Part shown: positions 8,646 through 18,105 of the stretch, piece by piece | Numbering within the stretch: position 1 is the stretch's first letter | How the letters are laid out: each line of letters starts with the position of its first letter | NCBI GenBank assembly: GCA_034434535.1 | Contig: DAOTZC010000012.1 | Location: 510,128-574,127, forward strand | Reading direction: 5' to 3' | Length of the DNA: 64,000 bases | Origin: Anaerolineales bacterium | Lineage (GTDB): Bacteria; Chloroflexota; Anaerolineae; Anaerolineales; Villigracilaceae | Position numbers and translations under genes: made by a program | Notes under the pieces: generated by a model | What the model was told of the DNA's origin: nothing | The model's database searches: none | The model's input: the letters and a program-made list of their open reading frames with translations, nothing else

Positions 8646-9784
8646 TGAAAAATTTTATGGAAACAAACGCAATCCCAAAGGTTTTATTGGTTGACCTCTC
8701 GCATCAATTCGGCGGCTCCAGCACCCGTGTTTTGGGATTATTATCTGCTCTGCCGAAAGGGCGGGCCGGGTTGGCGGCCATCCAGGGCAGCCCCGTGTTC
8801 GAGCAGGCCAAACGCATGGGGTTGGCTGCGCACCCGGTGGGGACGGGAAAGACCGATTGGCGCATCCTGCCTAATCTGGTTCGTCTCATCCGCGAACAGG
8901 GCTATCAGGTGTTGGATACGCAAAATATTCAATCCAAATTTTGGGGCAGTCTGGCCTCATTGTGGAGCGGCGCGGCGCTGGTTTCCACCCTCAACAGCTG
9001 GTATGACTTCGAGCATGGTGGCCGTTGGAAGGGAAAACTGTATACGGCGCTTGAACTGGCGACGAATTTTCGGCTGGGCGGTTACATCGTCGTCTCCGAA
9101 ACTGTCCGCGATGCCGTGCAAGCGGCGCACAGGAAGTCGCCGGTGGCTCTGATTTACAATGCGATTGGGCTGGATGCGAATTCAATCAACGGAGACAGGC
9201 AATGGCTGGCCGAAACCTTTGGGATTCCGCGGGATGCCCTGGTTTGCCTGGCGGTTGGCAGGCTGGTGTGGGCCAAAGGCTATGAAGACTTGCTGGATGC
9301 AATGCGCATAGTCGTTGTGGAAAATTCATCCATCTACTGCCTGGTGCTTGGGGATGGGGAATTGCGGGCAAGTCTGGAAGAGAAAATCCGCCAGGATAAC
9401 CTGGCGAACCGCGTTATCCTGGCCGGATATCAGCCGCGCGATACGGTTTTGGCCGCGCTCAAAGCCAGCGATATTTTCGTCATGCCATCCCGTCAGGAGG
9501 GAACGCCGCTTGCCCTGCTTGAAGCTGCCGCCATGGGAGTTCCCATCCTGGCAAGCGCTTGCGGTGGCATCCCAGAGATGGTCACGGATGGGGAACAGGC
9601 CCTGCTCGTCCCCCCGGGCAATTCAACGGTGCTGGCGCAAGCCCTGCTTCAACTTGCCAAAGACCCTGAATTGCGCGCGCGGCTCGTTCGGAATGCCAGG
9701 ACGCGGGTTCAGCAGTCGTTCAGTTTGGAAGCCCAGGCCCGGGCGACGTTGGAGGTGTATCAAAAAGTGCTTGTTCATCATTGA
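8645..9784 (+). CDS. GT4-family (GT-B) glycosyltransferase
   Basis: C-terminal EX7E-type region PSRQEGTPLALLEAAAMGVPILASACGGIPEMV. The start overlaps the preceding stop (TAATG). Confidence 0.85.
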   Translation: MKNFMETNAIPKVLLVDLSHQFGGSSTRVLGLLSALPKGRAGLAAIQGSPVFEQAKRMGLAAHPVGTGKTDWRILPNLVRLIREQGYQVLDTQNIQSKFWGSLASLWSGAALVSTLNSWYDFEHGGRWKGKLYTALELATNFRLGGYIVVSETVRDAVQAAHRKSPVALIYNAIGLDANSINGDRQWLAETFGIPRDALVCLAVGRLVWAKGYEDLLDAMRIVVVENSSIYCLVLGDGELRASLEEKIRQDNLANRVILAGYQPRDTVLAALKASDIFVMPSRQEGTPLALLEAAAMGVPILASACGGIPEMVTDGEQALLVPPGNSTVLAQALLQLAKDPELRARLVRNARTRVQQSFSLEAQARATLEVYQKVLVHH

Positions 9785-9831
9785 ATTTTCATAATTTGGA
9801 TAAAAATAAAGAAATTTGGGGCTTTTAAGTC

Positions 9832-9859
9832 TTGCCATGACCAAAAAATCGGCTATAAT
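9832..9859 (+). promoter_or_regulatory. sigma70-like promoter for the synthase-type EPS operon
   Basis: TTGCCA (9832-9837), a 16-nt spacer, then perfect TATAAT (9854-9859), in an A/T-rich 218-bp intergenic region. Confidence 0.45.
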
Positions 9860-10002
9860 CTTTATTCCAGTGAGCTTTCAAATTTGATAGGTGGTTTGAT
9901 GATGCGTTCGTGAATGTTGATATGGGGGTGTTGGGGAGCAAAACGGATGATGAATGTTTTCTCCTCGTGATGGATAAACGTCAAAGGGAAAAGAGAGAGG
10001 CT

Positions 10003-11163
10003 ATGGAATTTAACCTGTTTCTACGCACGTTGCAGCGCGGATGGTGGATAATTGTCTTGTCAATTTTTATCGCAACCAACGTCTCGCTGGCAATTTCATA
10101 CATAACGCCGCCTGTCTATCAAACGACTGCCCGTTATGTCGTTTCGCCCAACGCTGGTCTTTTTTCCAGCAGTTGGGAATTGCTATCCAGCCTGGATACG
10201 CTAGACCGGCGCTCGATTGTGAACACTTATCGGGAGATGATTGCAAGTCCATCGGTTTATGAGCGGTCTCCAGAAATTCAGAAAATCAAACAGCAATCTT
10301 TAGATGATTTTGAAGTTTCTGTAGCAGTCATCCCCGATACCAATATCTTGCGGCTGACTGTAGAAGGCCCTGACCCTCGAAGGATTGTGGTGGTGGCCCA
10401 TGCTATCAGCACCGAAGTGCTGAGTTACATGAACGAGTTGAACCCAATTTATAACCTGAGCGTTCTCGAGGAACCCCAGTTACCCACTGCCCCTATTCGC
10501 CCCCAACCTCTTGAAAATGCTCTTTTGGCATCCCTGTTTGGAGGCATGGTGGGGCTGGTGCTGGCTTTTTCGCGCGAACAACTGCAAAATACGCTCGACA
10601 AATTGCGCGAACGCTCGATTATCGACCCGGTTTCATCCGCATATACTCGCGCTTATTTTGAGCGACGACTGCTTGAGGAAACTACCCAACATCCGGATGG
10701 CAATTTTGTGATGGGAATTATCAATCTGCGTGGTCTTGAGCAGGTCATGAACGTATTGCCCGAGCCGATTTTCAACCGCGTCCTTGGAACGGTTTCCAAA
10801 AAACTTAAGAATGAACTGCGCGGGCGGGATATTGTCGGACGCTGGAGCGACACGCAACTTGCAGTTATCCTTCCAGGAACGCCAGAATCAGCCGTAGAGC
10901 CGGCTTTTCGGCGCATTCAGGTCTATCTTTCCGAAGCCGTTCCGGTTGATAATGCCGGGGATATGGCTTTTAATCCCGACCCGTGTATTGGCGTTATTAT
11001 GCACAAACAGTTTGAGACGGTTGAGAGCATCATTGAGCGCGCGCAAATGGCTGTTGAAAAAGCCTCTGCTTTGTCTGAAGCGACCGTTGTATTTCTGAAA
11101 AATTCCTATTTTTCTGAAGAACGCATAGGCAGCACGATTGAGAAAAACGGAACCAGTGACTGA
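10003..11163 (+). CDS. polysaccharide co-polymerase (Wzz/PCP) fused to a degenerate GGDEF domain with intact RxxD I-site
   Basis: ATG 10003 is preferred over GTG 9910 because RBS GAGAGAGG lies 2 nt upstream. PCP features: TM1 WWIIVLSIFIATNVSLAI, P-rich LPTAPIRPQP, TM2 LLASLFGGMVGLVLAF. The C-terminal domain (about 10624-11073) aligns by eye to GGDEF: DPVSSAYTRAYF, RGRD (10819-10830), and SDTQL (10846-10860) in place of GG(D/E)EF, followed by AVILPGT. Confidence 0.75.
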   Translation: MEFNLFLRTLQRGWWIIVLSIFIATNVSLAISYITPPVYQTTARYVVSPNAGLFSSSWELLSSLDTLDRRSIVNTYREMIASPSVYERSPEIQKIKQQSLDDFEVSVAVIPDTNILRLTVEGPDPRRIVVVAHAISTEVLSYMNELNPIYNLSVLEEPQLPTAPIRPQPLENALLASLFGGMVGLVLAFSREQLQNTLDKLRERSIIDPVSSAYTRAYFERRLLEETTQHPDGNFVMGIINLRGLEQVMNVLPEPIFNRVLGTVSKKLKNELRGRDIVGRWSDTQLAVILPGTPESAVEPAFRRIQVYLSEAVPVDNAGDMAFNPDPCIGVIMHKQFETVESIIERAQMAVEKASALSEATVVFLKNSYFSEERIGSTIEKNGTSD

Positions 11164-11193
11164 TATCCTGCCAGGTTTTTGAGAGGACTGAAC

Positions 11194-13485
11194 ATGGGTA
11201 CAAATGACAATCGCATTTTAACGATGAGCGTATTGGCGCTCGCTCTTGTTGCATTACTGATAACAAATATTCATCCCGTTGCCGCTTTGGGGATTCAGAA
11301 TCAGTCGACCGACTCAACCGGGGATGCCTTTACGTTTGGTCAGCTTGGGTATGCCGAAAAAGTGATGATTAGCCCTTATGATTCGTTGCAAATTCTTTTT
11401 GGAGTGCCATCGAATTGGGCATTAATTCCTGGAACTGAACTTACTTTACGTTTCAACTATGCCAGTAACCAGGTTATATCGGCAGTCGATGGTCTTGGGG
11501 GCATTCCGGGGGGCACTCTGCGCGTTAGTTTCAATGGCGTAACCTTGAAAACCATTCTTCTCACTGCCAATGGCGATTTTGTCGAAACTATCTCTATTCC
11601 TTCGGATGCGCTGACCGCCAATTCGGTGGATGGGCGTCACCGCATCTCTTTTCTCTTTGATTCCCGCTTTAATTGCGACGATACTTCTGCCAACGCATCG
11701 CTCATCATCAGCGCTGGCTCATCCATCGCCTTGAATCATGAGATTGTCCCTATTACGCCAGACTTGACGATTTTTCCCCGTCCCATTTACCAGCCCGATT
11801 CAATTATCCCTTCACTCACGACCATTATTATTCCCGATAATCCATCCGAAGCGGAGATGCGGGCTGCCTTAACGGTTTCTGCCGGGTTGGGCGCTCTGAC
11901 AAATGGCAGATTGCAATATCGCATGGTTTCAGCCGCTCAGGTTTCTGAAGCCCAAAAATCGGATTCCAGTATCATCCTGGTTGGATTGCCCAAAAGCCTG
12001 CCTGTTTTAAAGAATATTGCTGTACCGTACCCTCTTCAAAATGACGTATGGGCTCTGGCTGGCATGGAGCCTGACGACGGCCTCGTGCAAATGGCTCTTT
12101 CACCCTGGAATCAAAACAATCTAGCTTTGGTCGTGAGTGGAAATTCTGAAGCAGGGCTGGTGAAGGCTGCGCAGGCCATCAGCGCTGGTAATCTGGTTCC
12201 AGCAGGCCGACCCGATGTTTCGGTCATCAGCGCGGTCAACCCTCTTTCTGTGAGTGATACCATTCCCCAAGACCAGACTCTCTTCAGCCTGGGTTACGAA
12301 AACAGGTCGCTTGGCGGTTTCGAGGGAACGTATTTATCTTATTTCTTCCCTGCCTCGGCTGAACAAGTGCTTTCGATTGGCGGGTATATTGATTTTGTAT
12401 CCTCGCACACTAATCTGCTCGATTTTGAACGCAGTGGAATTACGGTTTATCTGAACAGGACCTTCGTTGGCAGCATTAAATTTACGGGCGATGTTGACCA
12501 GGTGACTACGACCAGGCTGAATCTTCTGCCTGGCACCATTCGCCGCGGCAATAATTTGCTGGAAATTTACAGCGACCTGGTTCCAATTTATGACTGCTAC
12601 TCTCCTGATTTGTCCAGCAGCACGGTTGTCGTGAGCGGCCTGACCAATATCCATCTGCCGGTGACTGACCAACAAATTGAATTGAATACGCTCCTTAAGT
12701 TAAACGACTATCCGTCCATGTTCATGACAGACCGCAACCTGAGTGATTTGGCGTTCATTGTTGCCAGAAATGACCCAACCGGCTGGGAGGTGGCGTCGAA
12801 ACTCGCTTTTGATATTGGCGCAGCCGCCTCTATTCCCGTTGCGAACCTTGACGTATCTTATGGCGATTCTGTCCCCGCGCCTGTTCGCGATGAGCGCAGT
12901 CTGATACTGGTAGGACGTGCCAGCAAAATGCCCATCCTTGCTGAATTGAATGACAAACTACCGGCTCCTTTTGTGCCCGAGAGCGATGAAGCCACCCAGC
13001 CTGCTCTGCTGGTCAATTACCGCTTGCTGCCGGGCATCAGCGTTGGTTATTTGCAACTCATCCAGTCGCCCTGGAATGCGGCCAACAACATCCTGGTGGT
13101 TGCTGGAAATACCGATGCTGGCCTGCCAATGGCCGGGGAAAAATTGACCAGGTCGGAGTTCAGTTCTCAATTGAATGGGAATTTCGCGGTGCTTTACGCT
13201 GACCAGATTTTGACGACTGATACCCGCCTGGGACAATCCAAAGAGCCGGTCATTTCTGACCTGCCGGCGGAAGCCCTGGCGACCTCATCCCCGCCGACGC
13301 AGCCAACGCCGGATGTTTTTAGCGAAGCGGTTGAAATCGAAGCAACGCCCTCATGGGTATTGCCCTCCATCATTACTCTCAGCGCGGCAACGGTTATCAT
13401 GTTGTTTGTTCTTCTTGGACGGGCCTTCATGGCCAAGAAGGTTCCTGCCAAAAAACAAGTTGGCGAGAAATCTGCCGACGATTAG
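11194..13485 (+). CDS. BcsB-like periplasmic synthase subunit with C-terminal TM anchor
   Basis: ATG 11194 with RBS GAGAGGA (the TTG at 11179 is less likely). Signal anchor, two internally repeated modules (GTLRVSFNGVTLKTILL / SGITVYLNRTFVGSIKF and NNLALVVSGNSEAGL / NNILVVAGNTDAGL), and a single C-terminal TM (IITLSAATVIMLFVLLG). This is the BcsB/YdaN-like layout. Adjacent to a membrane GT2. Confidence 0.55.
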   Translation: MGTNDNRILTMSVLALALVALLITNIHPVAALGIQNQSTDSTGDAFTFGQLGYAEKVMISPYDSLQILFGVPSNWALIPGTELTLRFNYASNQVISAVDGLGGIPGGTLRVSFNGVTLKTILLTANGDFVETISIPSDALTANSVDGRHRISFLFDSRFNCDDTSANASLIISAGSSIALNHEIVPITPDLTIFPRPIYQPDSIIPSLTTIIIPDNPSEAEMRAALTVSAGLGALTNGRLQYRMVSAAQVSEAQKSDSSIILVGLPKSLPVLKNIAVPYPLQNDVWALAGMEPDDGLVQMALSPWNQNNLALVVSGNSEAGLVKAAQAISAGNLVPAGRPDVSVISAVNPLSVSDTIPQDQTLFSLGYENRSLGGFEGTYLSYFFPASAEQVLSIGGYIDFVSSHTNLLDFERSGITVYLNRTFVGSIKFTGDVDQVTTTRLNLLPGTIRRGNNLLEIYSDLVPIYDCYSPDLSSSTVVVSGLTNIHLPVTDQQIELNTLLKLNDYPSMFMTDRNLSDLAFIVARNDPTGWEVASKLAFDIGAAASIPVANLDVSYGDSVPAPVRDERSLILVGRASKMPILAELNDKLPAPFVPESDEATQPALLVNYRLLPGISVGYLQLIQSPWNAANNILVVAGNTDAGLPMAGEKLTRSEFSSQLNGNFAVLYADQILTTDTRLGQSKEPVISDLPAEALATSSPPTQPTPDVFSEAVEIEATPSWVLPSIITLSAATVIMLFVLLGRAFMAKKVPAKKQVGEKSADD

Positions 13486-13496
13486 GATAAGATGTC

Positions 13497-14672
13497 ATGG
13501 CTGTTCTGTTCTGGCTGGCTGTTTCGTTCGTAATATATACTTACCTGGGATATCCGCTACTGGTCTTCTTACTTTCCCGGTTAAGGCCAGCTCGTTTCCC
13601 AAAGACAAGTGAGTTACCGGTTGTGACCTTGTTGATTGCGGCTTACAACGAAGAGAAAGTTATCGCCCAAAAATTGGATAATTCATTAACGCTCGATTAC
13701 CCGCGCGAAAAACTCCAAATCATCGTTGCGGCGGATGGGTCTTCTGACAAAACTCCAGAAATCGTGCGGCAATTTGAGCCACAGGGTGTTGTGTTAAGTT
13801 ACATTCCTGAGCGAAACGGGAAAATGGCGGCCATTACCCGTGCAATGTCGCTGGCGTGCGGAGAAATCGTCATTTTTTCAGATGCCAACAACATGTATGA
13901 CCGACAGGCTATTCAGTGGCTGGTTGCGCCTTATGCCGATGGAAAAGTCGGCGCAACCACTGGCGCCAAGTTGATTATCGAAGATGGGCGTCCGTTGAGC
14001 TCGTCCGAAGGCTTTTACTGGAAATACGAATCTTGGATTAAAGAGAGCGAAACCCGTCTCAGTACCTGTACATCTGCGGTGGGGGAGATGCTGTCTATTC
14101 GTAAAGAATTGTTCGTCGCCCCAGAGCGCAGCATTGTGAACGATGACCGCTATATGGTCTTTGACCTGATTCGGCGCGGCTACCGCGTTTACTATACTCC
14201 TCGGGCGCGTTCCTACGAAACTGTTTCTAAATCTGCTGGCGACGAAATTGTGCGCCGCACGCGCATTACCGCTGGCGCATACCAGACAATGGCTATGGCA
14301 GCCAAACTGTTGCCGTTCGACCGTCCACTGGTTTTGTGGCAAATGGTTTCGCACAAGTTTTTCAGGGCTTTTGTGCCGTTTGTGATGCTGCTTGCTCTGC
14401 TTTCTAATTTTGCGTTGTTTTTTTGGCCCGCTCCGTCCAGTCTAAATGCTTTCTGGGCGGTTGCGCCCCCGTTCAACCAAATTTTTTTGGCTTTGCAGGG
14501 CTTATTTTATGGGTTAGCAGTGCTTGGCAATCTCTTTCCTGCGCGTGGCAAATTAGGGAAACTCCTGTATATTCCGACCTTCCTGGTCAATTCCAATTTG
14601 GCGGCCTTGTTAGGGTTGTATAGTTTTCTGACGAATAAAAACCCCCATCTTTGGAAGCGCGTCAATCGTTGA
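13497..14672 (+). CDS. membrane-embedded processive-type family 2 glycosyltransferase (PgaC/IcaA/YdaM-like synthase), no PilZ domain
   Basis: N-terminal TM; VVTLLIAAYNEEKVIAQKLDNSLTLDYP, AADGSSDKT, FSDANN (DxD-like), GEMLSIRKELF, VRRTRITAG at the Q/RxxRW position. About 4 C-terminal TMs. Confidence 0.8.
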   Translation: MAVLFWLAVSFVIYTYLGYPLLVFLLSRLRPARFPKTSELPVVTLLIAAYNEEKVIAQKLDNSLTLDYPREKLQIIVAADGSSDKTPEIVRQFEPQGVVLSYIPERNGKMAAITRAMSLACGEIVIFSDANNMYDRQAIQWLVAPYADGKVGATTGAKLIIEDGRPLSSSEGFYWKYESWIKESETRLSTCTSAVGEMLSIRKELFVAPERSIVNDDRYMVFDLIRRGYRVYYTPRARSYETVSKSAGDEIVRRTRITAGAYQTMAMAAKLLPFDRPLVLWQMVSHKFFRAFVPFVMLLALLSNFALFFWPAPSSLNAFWAVAPPFNQIFLALQGLFYGLAVLGNLFPARGKLGKLLYIPTFLVNSNLAALLGLYSFLTNKNPHLWKRVNR

Positions 14673-14691
14673 ACAGTCGTCCTTAGAGAGT

Positions 14692-15732
14692 TTGCGCATG
14701 GCATCCTGGCGAAAAAAAGTTCTCGACACTGGATTGAACCTGGCTATTCGGGCTGGGGTTTTTAACTTTTCGCGTTTTCTTGCACCTGAAACACTTACTG
14801 TTCTGAATTATCACCGGATTGACAATGCGGATTCCCCTGATTTCGACCTGTTCAAACCCAACGTCAGCGCCACCCCAGAAGAATTCGCCCGGCAGATGGA
14901 TTATCTTCAGGCACACTATAATGTCATCTCATGTGAACAACTGGACCACTGGCTTCAGGGCAAAGCGACTTTGCCTTCGCGCCCTGCCATTATCACGTTT
15001 GATGATGGGTATTCTGACAACCTTTTGAACGCTTTCCCCGTTTTGCAAGCCCGTAATTTGAGCGCCATTATTTTCCTGACCACCGGTTTTATTGGAACCA
15101 GACAGCCTTTTTATTGGGATAGCGTGGCTTATTGTTTTCATCATACTCGCCGTGACCATGCCGATTTACCTCTTTTAGGTGAGCGTCACTGGGCGGATGC
15201 TGCCTCTCGTGACAAGGTTATGCTCGCCTGGGTAGAAGCTCTAAAAAAAGTCCCCGAAACGCAAAAGCGCGTCCTGATTGAAAGGATTGGGGATTTTCTG
15301 GATGTGCCTATTCCAGAAGAAAGGTTTTCTAACCTGTACCTGACCTGGACCCAGGTGCGAGAGATGAGCCAGAAAGGGATGGAGTTTGGCTCTCATACCG
15401 TCAACCATCCCATTCTGACGCGCGTCTCGCCGGAAGAGGCGCGTTGCGAACTGATTGAATCGAAACGCCGCCTGGAGGAAGAAATTCAAAAGCCAGTCAC
15501 GAGCCTGGCGTATCCAAATGGGCAAGGGGCGGATTTTTCAAGGGCTGTCATGCGCATTGTGGCCGAAACCGGTTTCCGGTTGGCGTTCAGTCTGTTGCCA
15601 GGGCCAACGCGCTTGAGCACGGTCAAAAACAAACCATTGGACATTCGCCGGGTCTATATTGGGCGAAACCATTCTTTCCCCCGGTTTGTGGCTGCGCTGG
15701 CCGGGCTTCCGCGCCTGCTTAAGTGGCTTTGA
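14692..15732 (+). CDS. polysaccharide deacetylase (CE4/NodB-type)
   Basis: NodB motif 1 ITFDDGYSDN. The later SHTVNHP is consistent with the His-containing motifs. Sits downstream of the GT2 synthase, as in PNAG-type loci. Confidence 0.8.
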   Translation: MRMASWRKKVLDTGLNLAIRAGVFNFSRFLAPETLTVLNYHRIDNADSPDFDLFKPNVSATPEEFARQMDYLQAHYNVISCEQLDHWLQGKATLPSRPAIITFDDGYSDNLLNAFPVLQARNLSAIIFLTTGFIGTRQPFYWDSVAYCFHHTRRDHADLPLLGERHWADAASRDKVMLAWVEALKKVPETQKRVLIERIGDFLDVPIPEERFSNLYLTWTQVREMSQKGMEFGSHTVNHPILTRVSPEEARCELIESKRRLEEEIQKPVTSLAYPNGQGADFSRAVMRIVAETGFRLAFSLLPGPTRLSTVKNKPLDIRRVYIGRNHSFPRFVAALAGLPRLLKWL

Positions 15733-16957
15733 GCTGGTGGGCGTAAACATCTAATATGTTGCGGGCTATGGGGGGCCAGGCAAACCTGGTTTCTGATAAG
15801 TTTTTAGCGTAATGTCCCATTTCGGTGGCCCGGGCTTTGTCATTGATGATGGTTGTAATTGCCTTGCACAATTCTTTCGGGGAACCGGGGGTTACAAGAA
15901 AGCCACTTAACCCTTCATCCACCACGTCGGGGAAGGCGCCCACGTTGGTTGCCACCACTGGTTTGCCAAACGAGTAAGCCACTTGAACTGCGCCGCTTTG
16001 AGAGCTGTTCAGATAGGGTAAAACCACAACATCTGACCGGTGCATCAGTGGCGCTACTTCTTCCATCGCCAGGTAACGGCTGTCGAAGAGGATTGCATCT
16101 CGAAGCCTCAATTCTTCCACCTGTCTGAAAAGCGCATTCATATCCATGTACTTGGTAGGCATGCCAGCAATCAACAGGCGTGCCAGTGGATTTTGCGCAT
16201 GTACTCCCTCGAATGCCTTAATCAAATCGGGCAGGCCTTTGCTGGGCGTGAGCGTGCCAAAAAACAGAACCAATCGGTGTTCGTCGGTGAGCCCATATTT
16301 TGTTTGCATAGCGGCGAGCCGCGCTTCCATATCTGGCGGCTGGGGGAAGATTTGCTCGTTGCCGTGTACAATTTCGCGCAGCCGCCCGCGCGGAATCATT
16401 GGATATAGCGCGTGAAATTTGTTCAGGTTACTTGCGCCGTGCAGGAAAATGATGTCGAAGGATTGGAAGACGATGACCTTCATTCGGTCTGCAAGGCGTG
16501 CCATTATTCCCTGCGTTTCACGCGACTCAAACTCGTGACAAATTTGAGCCAGTCTTAGCCCACGCCATTTCATGTATTGCAGGAAGAAACCCTCGAAAGG
16601 AAATTCCACTTCGCCAAACTGTACGATGTCAGGCTGGGAACGAACCAAATAACGGGTGAGCCGCATTAACTGATAGACTAGCCGGATTGCCCGAATGCCT
16701 CGCCGCGCCGTCCAGAACAATTTTCGCGCGATGCTTTCCAGTTTGTTATGGGGTGGCCTGGTCAGCCGGGGGTCGGAGAGTGGCCAGAGTTTCAGGAACT
16801 GGTTGACTGTGAAGTTATGCGGAAACTTTTGCAATTCATAGCCCTGGCTGGTAATCAGGGTGACATCGGCGCCCTGTTCCGCCATGGCCTGGCATAGTTG
16901 GTAGGCGTAGTGAATCATGCCGCCTGCGCTGCGGGGTTCGACAACGAAAATTTTCAT
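15719..16957 (-). CDS. GT4-family glycosyltransferase
   Basis: Start set at ATG 16957 (MKIFVVEP...), which overlaps the upstream stop as ATGA. The ORF-track extension to 17101 lies inside the upstream gene. GT-B C-terminal region YLNSSQSGAVQVAYSFGKPVVATNVGAFPDVV. Confidence 0.8.
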   Translation of the reverse strand: MKIFVVEPRSAGGMIHYAYQLCQAMAEQGADVTLITSQGYELQKFPHNFTVNQFLKLWPLSDPRLTRPPHNKLESIARKLFWTARRGIRAIRLVYQLMRLTRYLVRSQPDIVQFGEVEFPFEGFFLQYMKWRGLRLAQICHEFESRETQGIMARLADRMKVIVFQSFDIIFLHGASNLNKFHALYPMIPRGRLREIVHGNEQIFPQPPDMEARLAAMQTKYGLTDEHRLVLFFGTLTPSKGLPDLIKAFEGVHAQNPLARLLIAGMPTKYMDMNALFRQVEELRLRDAILFDSRYLAMEEVAPLMHRSDVVVLPYLNSSQSGAVQVAYSFGKPVVATNVGAFPDVVDEGLSGFLVTPGSPKELCKAITTIINDKARATEMGHYAKNLSETRFAWPPIARNILDVYAHQLKAT

Positions 16958-18105
16958 GATGAACGCTTTCCTATCAGGGAATGGTATAGTACTTCGAGCG
17001 CTGTGATTTGCGCCTGAATGTTGAACTTTTTCTGGCAAATGGCCTGTCCGGCGGTTCCCCAGGCCTTTCGCAGGGCTGAATTTTCGGCCAATTGGGCGCA
17101 AGCATGGGCCAGAGCCGATACGTCTCCGGGCGGGAGCAGCCGGCCATTGACACCGTCTTCAATCATCTCTGGCACGCCGCCTACGTTCGAGGCGATAACT
17201 GCCTTTTGGGCGGCCATTGCTTCCATCAGCACGGTTGGCAGGGCTTCTGTTAATGTGGGTAAGACGAAAAAGTCGCATGCTGGCAAAATTTCATGAATAT
17301 CTTTACGTTGTCCGGCAAAAATAACCTGCGTTGTCAACCCCAGGTTGCGCGCCATTTCTTTTAGGGTGGGGCCGTGTTCACCATCCCCCACAATTAAATA
17401 TTGCAGGTTGGGATGGGTGTCTCTCAATTGCGCCATTGCCTGTAGCATGAACTGGATGCCTTTGGGTTCGCGCAGTACGGCGACTGTTACGGCGACGATG
17501 GAATCAGGCGCCAGACCGAATTCTTTTCGTTTGGCAATGCGCTCTTCCGTCGAAGTATCTTTATAAATGGACAGGTCAATTCCGTTGTAAAGGGTGATAA
17601 TTTTTTCGTCTGGAATTTTTCCGTCCCGAAGATAGTGCAGGCGGGTAATTTTTGAGACGCCGATGGACCGGTTGCAAAGATGCTTAAGCGCAGCCAGCGT
17701 GATTTGGTATCGCCATCGAGCGCGCTGCTCTTGCGGGTTATCAAGGGTGTGCAGAGTGGCGACGCATGGAATTCCCATGAGCCGGGCTGCCAGACTGCCC
17801 AGAATGATTGAAAATTCAAGCTGCGTGTGAACCAGTTGTGGTTGGTGACGGCGCAGATAGGTGATGATTTTATACAAATTGGTCGGATGCCGCAGGGTGG
17901 GGATGCTCAACAAATCTACAGGAATGCCAGCATTTTGCAGGTCTTTTGCGACGGGGTTGCCGCCGCGCTCTTGCAGCGCGCAGACGCGCAGGTCGAATCG
18001 CTCTCGGTCGAAACGCTCCAAAATGGCTAGCGTCAATCGTTCTGCGCCGCCGTGTCCCAAACTGTCTATCATCCAGATGATTTTGGGTTTCACTGCGTTA
18101 TCCAT
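16954..18105 (-). CDS. GT4-family glycosyltransferase
   Basis: IWMIDSLGHGGAERL N-terminus and PTLTEALPTVLMEAMAAQKAVIASNVGGVPEMIEDG (EX7E region). Confidence 0.85.
   Translation of the reverse strand: MDNAVKPKIIWMIDSLGHGGAERLTLAILERFDRERFDLRVCALQERGGNPVAKDLQNAGIPVDLLSIPTLRHPTNLYKIITYLRRHQPQLVHTQLEFSIILGSLAARLMGIPCVATLHTLDNPQEQRARWRYQITLAALKHLCNRSIGVSKITRLHYLRDGKIPDEKIITLYNGIDLSIYKDTSTEERIAKRKEFGLAPDSIVAVTVAVLREPKGIQFMLQAMAQLRDTHPNLQYLIVGDGEHGPTLKEMARNLGLTTQVIFAGQRKDIHEILPACDFFVLPTLTEALPTVLMEAMAAQKAVIASNVGGVPEMIEDGVNGRLLPPGDVSALAHACAQLAENSALRKAWGTAGQAICQKKFNIQAQITALEVLYHSLIGKRSS

Noticed and set aside
9860-10002. Possible c-di-GMP riboswitch in the roughly 140-nt leader of the Wzz-GGDEF gene.
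   Set aside because: I looked for the GEMM-I/II hallmark segments as I remember them (for example ACGCACAGGGCAAACC and the GNRA tetraloop/receptor) and found only a vague GGGGAGCAAAACGG. That is not enough to claim. A covariance-model scan (Rfam) would settle it.
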